Part shown: in pieces, positions 8,621-14,808 of the stretch
How positions within the stretch are numbered: position 1 is the first letter of the stretch
Layout of the letters: each line of letters opens with the position of its first letter
NCBI GenBank assembly: GCA_044356215.1
Contig: JBIKWQ010000078.1
Span: 1-14,808 of the forward strand
Reading direction: 5' to 3'
Source of the DNA: Bdellovibrionota bacterium
GTDB lineage: Bacteria > Bdellovibrionota_C > UBA2361 > OMII01
Length of the DNA: 14,808 nt
The notes under the pieces: generated by a model
What the model saw: only the letters and a program-made list of their open reading frames with translations
The model's database searches: none
What the model was told of the DNA's origin: nothing
Made by a program: the position numbers and the translations under genes

Positions 8621-8755
8621 GGAAATCTTTTGATAGGGTTAGGCTAGTAACAGGGTTGCGGGCCTGAAAGCCTTAAGTGCCTGAAATGTATGTTAATTAA
8701 AATAGTGAGCGTTTTGGCTAGTTTGAGCCTGTAAAACGGTGGGTTGTCGGCGGAT

Positions 8756-9856
8756 CTAATGGGACAGAGAGATGCTAGGGAAGAGTGCCAAGCTCGGAAC
8801 ACACTCCAGCCTCTGGAATACTTTGGCTTTCTCAAACGCCTTGATATCTTGAGCTTTTGCGCGCTCTTTTTTTGAGATTCGCGCTATTCCATAAAGCTCC
8901 TTTGAGCACACTAGAGCCTCAATTCCAGCTCTGGTCTTGCGGGGTGGTGTGAGGATCCTCACACCTTCAAGTAATGTCCCCCCTGATTTAAAGATAAATC
9001 CAGAGAACTTGATCCGGTGCTTGTTAAATTCCAAGAGGTCGTCGAGTCGGGCGTTTAATCTTGGTTGGTGCCACTCAATTACACCGTGACACCAATCACT
9101 AGTTGAGGCGCTAAGCATTGGGCACTTATCAGAGCGGAGACAGGGGAATAATGGAACTAAATCTTTGTGTTGTGTAATAATCAGATCTCTTAGTCCCATC
9201 AATCTACGGGTGTGATGTAGTTGTCCTGGCTCTAGAAGGATTAAGTGGCCACCAGGAGCAGTGCTCTTAGCTAATTTCTCAACTGCTTTAAGAGCTAAAT
9301 CATCTGACATCTCAGCTAGAACATTCGCGGCGATAATGAGATCAAATTTCTCATCAGCTCCTAAGTCAGAGATCGTTTCAAGCATTCGCAGATCAACAAG
9401 CGATCCGACACCTTTGAAATTACTTAGCAGTTCTTTGGCTACGTTTCGCATCTCACGTGAGCTCTCAACGCAAGTTAATTTGATAGAGCAATTTAAGCTC
9501 GCCAGCAGGGCTAATCCAGCCGTACCTGGTCCGCAACCGAGATCGAGTACCCGTAGCTCGTTTGAATCAACCTGTATCTGCTTTAGTAGGTGAAGTACTT
9601 TGGCGGCGTTAATCGGTGTGTAGTAGAGAGCGTAGGCTTTCGCTGCTTTTGCCGAGTTGATCGGCGAAGAGAGCTTGGATCCTGATTCGTGTGATACATA
9701 AGCTGAAGAGATCGCTTTTAGCGATTCAACAAACGGTAATAGCTCTTTAGTTCCAATATCGCCCAGAGCAAACTGCTTATTAGCCTCATCTGATAGCAGC
9801 GTTGATACGAGATGCTGCTCGATTAGCTCTAATGAATTTTCTGGGGTAACAGTCAT
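8756..9856 (-). CDS. Rsm22/METTL17-family SAM-dependent methyltransferase
   Basis: AYALYY, VLDLGCGPGT, FDLIIAANVLAE, LILLEPG, PCLRSDKCPM...DWCH, KFSGF, RILTPPRK...LVC. ATG 9856 preferred over TTG 9889. Confidence 0.85.
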   Translation of the reverse strand: MTVTPENSLELIEQHLVSTLLSDEANKQFALGDIGTKELLPFVESLKAISSAYVSHESGSKLSSPINSAKAAKAYALYYTPINAAKVLHLLKQIQVDSNELRVLDLGCGPGTAGLALLASLNCSIKLTCVESSREMRNVAKELLSNFKGVGSLVDLRMLETISDLGADEKFDLIIAANVLAEMSDDLALKAVEKLAKSTAPGGHLILLEPGQLHHTRRLMGLRDLIITQHKDLVPLFPCLRSDKCPMLSASTSDWCHGVIEWHQPRLNARLDDLLEFNKHRIKFSGFIFKSGGTLLEGVRILTPPRKTRAGIEALVCSKELYGIARISKKERAKAQDIKAFEKAKVFQRLECVPSLALFPSISLSH

Positions 9857-9901
9857 TGCGCTCTGATATAAAAATAGACGGAAATCCAACTGTCATAAAC
9901 T

Positions 9902-9931
9902 TAGACAACCCAGACCACGTTAGTATAGACT
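9902..9931 (+). promoter_or_regulatory. Putative sigma70 promoter giving a near-leaderless antitoxin mRNA
   Basis: TAGACA (9902-9907), 18-nt spacer, TAGACT (9926-9931); ATG follows after 7 nt with no SD. YAGAC occurs three times. Confidence 0.35.
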
Positions 9932-9938
9932 GAAATAT

Positions 9939-10178
9939 ATGAAGCCTAAAGTGTACACAATTACAGAGGCTAAAGCGCAACTCTCTGATATCCTTCGTCG
10001 GGTCAAGAGAGGAGAGCGCATCGTTATTGGAGCATATCGCAACCCTGAGGTTGAGCTGCGAATTTATACCCCGAAACCGAAGCGGCGTAAGTTCGGCCAA
10101 CTTCTCGGCAAAATCTGGTTAGCGGACGATTTCATTGAGACTGACTCAACGATCCAGCAGCTCTTTGAGAAATCCTAA
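9939..10178 (+). CDS. Phd/YefM-family type II antitoxin (VapC-associated type), orphan
   Basis: TITEAKAQLSDILRRVKRGERIVI N-terminus; RRKFGQLLGKIWLADDF C-terminus typical of antitoxins paired with PIN toxins. Confidence 0.9.
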   Translation: MKPKVYTITEAKAQLSDILRRVKRGERIVIGAYRNPEVELRIYTPKPKRRKFGQLLGKIWLADDFIETDSTIQQLFEKS

Positions 10179-10294
10179 GGTCGAGTACCTGTTTAATACC
10201 GAATGGCTTCTCCTGAGAGGGGCGTGAAGTGTTGCCCGGAGCCACAGAGACAAGGCTTGCAACCGTAGCCCAGATAGGCGAACCTGATGTTCTA

Positions 10295-11341
10295 ATGCGC
10301 GCCAAAATAATATCACGAGACGAAGCTGCCAAACTGAGCGCTGAATACCGAGCGAGCGGAAAACGCGTAGGCTTCACCAGCGGCGTATTTGATATCCTCC
10401 ACCCCGGTCACGTTGAATACCTAGAAGACTCACGTAGCCGTGTTGATGTTTTGTTTGTTGGCATAAATTCCGACGCCTCTGTTAAGGCCAACAAGGGAGA
10501 ATTGCGGCCGATCTGTTCTGAGCACGAGCGCGCTCTTGTGTTGGCCGGACTCGGCGCGGTTGATCACGTGTTTATCTTTAGTGAGCGCAATAACAACGTG
10601 AATGTTGAGCTGCTTAAACCAACTCTATATTTAAAGGCGGGCGACTACTCGCAAGATAAGCTTTCATCTAAGGCAATTGTTGAGAGTCACGGCGGCAGAG
10701 TTGAGTTAGTTCCGTTTAAAGATGGTCACTCAACAACATCAGTAATCGATCGCATCCAACAAGCTGGGTTGTACGACGCGGGTGAGACTATCAAATACGA
10801 TCCAAGGCCCGCGGTGTTCTTAGATCGCGATGGTACAATTAACGAGCACTCCGAGTACTTAAGCGAGATCGAGAAATTTAAGCCCCTCCCTGGTGCTTTT
10901 GAAGCGATTAAAAAGATCTCTGATATGGGATTTCGAATAATCGTTGTCACCAATCAGCCAGGGATCGGATTGGGATACTTCACGAAAGAGGATTTCTACG
11001 CAGTAACCCGTGAAATGATGAAGCAGGGCTCGGCGCACGGCTGCGCTTTTGATAAGATCTATTTCTGCCCGCATTCAAAAGCTGACAAGTGTCAGTGTCG
11101 CAAGCCATCACGTTGGTTCCTTGATCGAGCGGCGAAGGAGCTAAACATAGATCTCTCTAAGAGCTTTGTAATCGGCGATATGACATCTGATGTTCAGTTG
11201 GGGATTAACGCCGGATGTCGGTCGATTCTTGTTAAGACGGGGCGCGGGGGAGATGACGGGATCTACCAGGTAGAGCCGCATTACGCCGCGACGGATCTGC
11301 AAGATGCGGCCAATTGGATCGCCACTCAGATTGATCGGTAA
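10295..11341 (+). CDS. Bifunctional heptose-1-phosphate nucleotidyltransferase (RfaE domain II/HldC-like) and heptose-1,7-bisphosphate phosphatase (GmhB-like HAD)
   Basis: FTSGVFDILHPGH, GINSDASV, KG..RP, STT; then FLDRDGTIN, TNQPGIG, CPH...CQCRKP, IGDMTSDV. ATG 10295 preferred over GTG 10229. Confidence 0.9.
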   Translation: MRAKIISRDEAAKLSAEYRASGKRVGFTSGVFDILHPGHVEYLEDSRSRVDVLFVGINSDASVKANKGELRPICSEHERALVLAGLGAVDHVFIFSERNNNVNVELLKPTLYLKAGDYSQDKLSSKAIVESHGGRVELVPFKDGHSTTSVIDRIQQAGLYDAGETIKYDPRPAVFLDRDGTINEHSEYLSEIEKFKPLPGAFEAIKKISDMGFRIIVVTNQPGIGLGYFTKEDFYAVTREMMKQGSAHGCAFDKIYFCPHSKADKCQCRKPSRWFLDRAAKELNIDLSKSFVIGDMTSDVQLGINAGCRSILVKTGRGGDDGIYQVEPHYAATDLQDAANWIATQIDR

Positions 11342-11344
11342 TAG

Positions 11345-13252
11345 ATGCCCAAGCTGCTTTCGTTTCTCAGTACCCCCTCAAGGATCGTTCTCGCTGTCAC
11401 CTTAGTTTTATGCGCGCTCTGTATCGGATTTAAGATACATTTCTCTTCAGTAGGGGCGTGGGCCTCATATATGGGGCGTAGCGGCGAGGTGCCAGGATTG
11501 ATCTACGGCGAGCCCAAGCCGATCCGAAGCGATGAGTGGCTGTTAGGAGTGCCTTGGTTGCTCTCTCAGGCACACACGAATCCATCCTGGGCTACGAACA
11601 ATCCTTCTGTTGGGCCTGATACATCAGCACTTTTAGTTGGGCTCCCTACTAGTCACTGGACGGCGTTCTTTCGTCCGGCGCATTGGGGCTTTTACATCTT
11701 TGATGTAGAGCGCGGATTCTCGTGGTTCTGGATGTGGCGCACAGTGATTCTTTTTAGCGCTCTTGTTTTGTTGCTAATAGAGCTAAATAGCGGCTTGATT
11801 ATGGGCGCGCTCGCTGGAGCGATCTGGATCTTCTTCTCAGGCTTTGTCCAGTGGTGGTTAGCTAGCGTCGCTGAGATGTTGGCTTATTGGACCTTAGCGT
11901 GCGTAGCTGTTCGATACATCAGTGTATCCACAAGTTATCGACAACTAATTCTTTGGTCCCTGGCTTTGCTAATTATGTGCGGAGGCTTTGGTTTAAGTCT
12001 CTATCCACCATTTCAGGTGCCTCTAGCGTATTTAGGATTGGCGTTATTACCCTTTTTAACACGGGGACTTTTAAGTTCCAATGGACCACGCCCACTGGCT
12101 CGATTTGCTTCGGTGGCTGTTGTTGTCTCGTTGGCTATGGCCGCCGTTGTCTCATTTCTATTAGACAACAGTGAAGCGGTATCAGCGATGGCGCAGACGG
12201 TTTATCCAGGGAGACGGGTCTCGTTAGGAGGAGATCTATCTTTGTGGCGTTTAGTATCTGGTTTTTTTGAGCGAAACTATACTCAGTATATCTTCCCCCC
12301 TGTAGCTGGAAATATAAGTGAGGCGAGTTCGTTTGTCTTTCTGTGGCCAGTGTCGCTGGTTCTACTACTCTTCATAAAAGATCGTCGCGAGCTCATGCGC
12401 TTTTTACCTATAGCGCTATACCTCGTTTTCTTAACGCTTTGGGGGATGTTCGGTATACCTGAATCCGTCGCTGCTATCTCCGGTTGGTCTTTTGTTCCAA
12501 CCAGTCGCGCGTTAATAGGATGGGGAGTAGGAGGTGTTGTGCTGTGTGTCTTGATGATGCGTCCGCAGCTTGTATTGTCGAAGTTGATCTTAGTTGTCTT
12601 TTTCCTAGTCGCGAGTGCAGGGATCCTTTGGTGTGTGACAGCTTTTCCAGAGAGGTTTCCGGTCGCGATAGCTGAGGCTGAATTGTATTACTCCGCTAGT
12701 TTACTTATCGCGTCAGTAGCGGCGCTGATATTTAGATCTGGTTGGTTACTGGCCCTATCTGTCTTCGCTCTCTGCGCCTGGCCACACTCGCAGGTAAATC
12801 CAATTATGCACGGTTTAGCTGTAATTACAGAAGAGCCGCTAGTTTCGGCAGTGAAACGTTTTGATCCTAATCGCGAGGGCCGCTGGGCCGTATTTGGATC
12901 GGTCGTGCACGCGCAATTAGTAAAGATAACAGGCCGAGACGTTGTAAACGGCTCGCAGTACGTTCCTGACATGAAGGCGTTTACCCGCCTGGACCCAGAG
13001 GGGCGCGCCACAGAGATCTACAATCGCTACGCGCATATCGGTTTCACCATAGCTCCTGAAGGAACAGCGCCAACTTTCAACTTGATAGCGGCTGATACAT
13101 GGGAATTAAAAGTTGATCCATGTCATCCGCGATTTATAGATTTTGGTGTTCGGTATCTTGTATGGGCGAACTATCAGTCGTCCCGTCGGTTTGAGTGCTA
13201 TGAGCGGGTGTTTGTGGGTAAAGATTTCGCGGTCTATAAGGGGCGGTCTTGA
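11345..13252 (+). CDS. Multi-pass membrane protein, putative GT-C-fold glycosyltransferase
   Basis: 635 aa with more than 10 hydrophobic segments, an acidic IRSDEW motif in the loop after TM1, YPPFQ, TVYPGRR and a soluble C-terminal domain. Starts 3 nt after the heptose gene. Function is inference. Confidence 0.65.
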   Translation: MPKLLSFLSTPSRIVLAVTLVLCALCIGFKIHFSSVGAWASYMGRSGEVPGLIYGEPKPIRSDEWLLGVPWLLSQAHTNPSWATNNPSVGPDTSALLVGLPTSHWTAFFRPAHWGFYIFDVERGFSWFWMWRTVILFSALVLLLIELNSGLIMGALAGAIWIFFSGFVQWWLASVAEMLAYWTLACVAVRYISVSTSYRQLILWSLALLIMCGGFGLSLYPPFQVPLAYLGLALLPFLTRGLLSSNGPRPLARFASVAVVVSLAMAAVVSFLLDNSEAVSAMAQTVYPGRRVSLGGDLSLWRLVSGFFERNYTQYIFPPVAGNISEASSFVFLWPVSLVLLLFIKDRRELMRFLPIALYLVFLTLWGMFGIPESVAAISGWSFVPTSRALIGWGVGGVVLCVLMMRPQLVLSKLILVVFFLVASAGILWCVTAFPERFPVAIAEAELYYSASLLIASVAALIFRSGWLLALSVFALCAWPHSQVNPIMHGLAVITEEPLVSAVKRFDPNREGRWAVFGSVVHAQLVKITGRDVVNGSQYVPDMKAFTRLDPEGRATEIYNRYAHIGFTIAPEGTAPTFNLIAADTWELKVDPCHPRFIDFGVRYLVWANYQSSRRFECYERVFVGKDFAVYKGRS

Positions 13253-13424
13253 GGCCATCGCCGAGCGCGGTGACTAAACACTTATTTAAATCATTGGCCA
13301 GTGCCTAGGTTTCGCCGGCGTCTTTATCGTGTTTTCACCGCGACCATCGGGTAACTGCGCCTTTGGCATACTGATAAACGACTCGTTTAAGCTAAATCCT
13401 CTCTCTTCTAGAGCCTGGGAGCTC

Positions 13425-13934
13425 CTACTTAGGTTCGCATCTCTTCAGTGCATCCTCTATTCTCTGCATTCTCGGCGAATTGGCTGGTAGCTGTTGGTGG
13501 GCAGCATCGGCCAATGTATTGGCAAGTATAGAGAAGCTAAGGGCAAGATACTCGTTTGCCGAGAAATCGGGGACCTCTTTTTTTATACAAGCGACCGTCG
13601 CATTCATATGGGCTTCGGCATCTGTTTTAGCGACGCCCATCTCCAATGAGCATTTTTGGAGAAGAAGACTCATTTTCTGCGTTTGCCACGTAGGAGAGTT
13701 GGCGAGCGCCTTCATGCACAAAGAAACACGACTTAGTTCTTCGGGTGAAAGCGCTGGCATAGGGGGAGACAACGATTCTATCGCCGCTCTTTGCTCGCTT
13801 TCAGAGAGTCGTTGATATTCGCTCATTGGCATGTCAAAATTTTTTTTGGTAGTAGCTCTGTCAGCTCTGGCGACAGTGGAGTCAATCGAAAAAACCAAGA
13901 CGAGAACCCAGCAGATGCGTGATTTTCTGAACAT
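13425..13934 (-). CDS. Secreted hypothetical protein
   Basis: GGAG upstream of ATG, signal peptide ending ARA, four Cys in the mature region. Confidence 0.75.
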   Translation of the reverse strand: MFRKSRICWVLVLVFSIDSTVARADRATTKKNFDMPMSEYQRLSESEQRAAIESLSPPMPALSPEELSRVSLCMKALANSPTWQTQKMSLLLQKCSLEMGVAKTDAEAHMNATVACIKKEVPDFSANEYLALSFSILANTLADAAHQQLPANSPRMQRIEDALKRCEPK

Positions 13935-14042
13935 ACTCGCTCCATTTGATGTAGGTCCTTAACTGCTTATCCTGTAGAAATCTGCAATCGCTACTTGCCG
14001 ATCATTCTACCGCCGCTGGGGAGGGTGGTACAGCGTTAATTT

Positions 14043-14351
14043 TCAACCTGATACCTGCTGATTCATGGGACTTAAAAGCTGACCCCTGCCATCCGCGATT
14101 CAGCCGCGTCACATCAAATTGCGCTAAATCCTAGCGAGGTGGGTCGCGAACGAGTGGCGAAAGGTGTGGCAAGTTATGCGTTTCGATAGACCTGCCTCTC
14201 CCATCTGCACCGGGTGGCGTTTGCCATGAGAGCGTACAAACCGGCGGATCAAATTCAGATAATGTCTCTCTGTCTTCTAGCTTCAGTGGCGCAGACGAAT
14301 CACTTCACGTACGACCTCAAGCAGCATTTTTGGTTGGGTGTGTTCTTGCAT
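14043..14351 (-). pseudogene. intI: Internally deleted integron integrase (IntI-like tyrosine recombinase) remnant
   Basis: Manual translation from ATG 14351: [73 protein letters not shown]. Shifted frames then give DVTRLNRGWQG and SPMNQQVSG*. Confidence 0.88.
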
Positions 14352-14421
14352 GTAGGATAGATCGAAAAGTCTCCGAATGAGTTGCGTGCTCAGGAAACGC
14401 CTTTACCGCAGCATGAGATCC

Positions 14422-14473
14422 TAGATGGGCAGATCTGGCCATCTACCCAAAATCGCTAGATGGACCAGGTCTG
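14422..14473. repeat. Palindrome/inverted-repeat cluster with three alternating TAGATGG motifs
   Basis: TAGATGG (14422-14428), CCATCTA (14439-14445), TAGATGG (14457-14463); 14422-14445 is a near-perfect 24-bp palindrome. Confidence 0.7.
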
Positions 14474-14510
14474 GATTGATGCTGTAAAAATCGGAAATAA
14501 TTGAGGTTAC

Positions 14511-14671
14511 AGGGCGTCGCAGTGTTTTTGGTAAGCTGCTGGGATAATTAGTAAAATATTTTTTACCACAGAGGACGCAGAGGACACAGAGAAAGCTCAA
14601 TAATTGCCCATAAAATGGCCGTTCTCTGTGTCCTCTGCGTCCTCTGTGGTGATAAAGAACTGCGATGCCCT
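14511..14671. mobile_element. MITE-like 161-bp element, copy 2 (inverted relative to copy 1)
   Basis: Terminal IRs AGGGCGTCGCAGT / ACTGCGATGCCCT (12/13 match). Flanking direct repeat ATTGAGGTTA at 14500-14509 and 14672-14681. Perfect 29-bp internal IR 14565-14593 / 14622-14650. Confidence 0.85.
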
Positions 14672-14792
14672 ATTGAGGTTATAGGGCTTCGCAGCCCCAC
14701 CCCCAACCGCCTAGAATAGCGATACTTTTATAAACACTTGCCCTTAGTGAGAAAATAAAATAGGCTCGACCATGCGAAGGAGCGCAAAGTCT

Positions 14793-14808
14793 ATGAGCAC
14801 GATAGATA
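14793..14808 (+). CDS. Possible start of a gene truncated by the window end (MSTID...)
   Basis: AAGGAG at 14777-14782 upstream of ATG 14793; in-frame ATG at 14772. Too short to verify. Confidence 0.3.

Noticed and set aside
3109..9856. A single RNA-metabolism system (DTW, yraN, rnhB, LOG, Rsm22)
   Set aside because: Mixed orientations and unrelated intervening genes; rnhB-yraN linkage is already common.
13264..13291. dif-like site (TTATTTAAAT)
   Set aside because: XerD arm lacks the G of TTATGTTAAAT and there is no XerC arm at the correct spacing.
1708..13815. Remaining short track ORFs (e.g. 1952-2158, 3009-3242, 9261-9593, 9786-10100, 10132-10377, 12688-13011, 13480-13815)
   Set aside because: Alternate-frame or antisense shadows of well-supported genes, with no recognisable motifs.
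14124..14351. Stop-codon recoding to yield a functional mini-integrase
   Set aside because: TGA and TAG both act as normal stops for other genes in this window, and the catalytic core is deleted regardless.
13253..14808. Canonical attC sites or an intact cassette array
   Set aside because: No properly paired RYYYAAC/GTTRRRY boxes with L boxes were found by eye.

Overview
Bacterial genomic window. It begins with the 3' end of an rRNA operon (23S 3' end, structured ~200-nt spacer, short ~110-nt 5S, intrinsic terminator). Mostly housekeeping genes follow: LivJ/K-type substrate-binding protein, MFS transporter, DTW-domain tRNA acp-transferase, di-heme cytochrome c peroxidase, yraN, rnhB, LOG-family protein, a membrane protein with a degenerate ABC-ATPase domain, an Rsm22/METTL17-like methyltransferase, an orphan Phd/YefM antitoxin, an HldC-GmhB fusion, a putative GT-C membrane protein and a small secreted protein. 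The strongest signals lie outside the ORF track. (1) Two inverted copies of a 161-bp MITE-like element (4953-5113, 14511-14671), each with terminal inverted repeats, its own flanking direct repeat and a perfect 27-29-bp internal hairpin built from 9-mers. (2) A ~310-bp internally deleted integron-integrase pseudogene (14043-14351, minus) with a palindrome cluster upstream. (3) A G at the normally invariant A2665-equivalent of the sarcin-ricin loop. All family calls are by-eye motif recognition; no searches were run.
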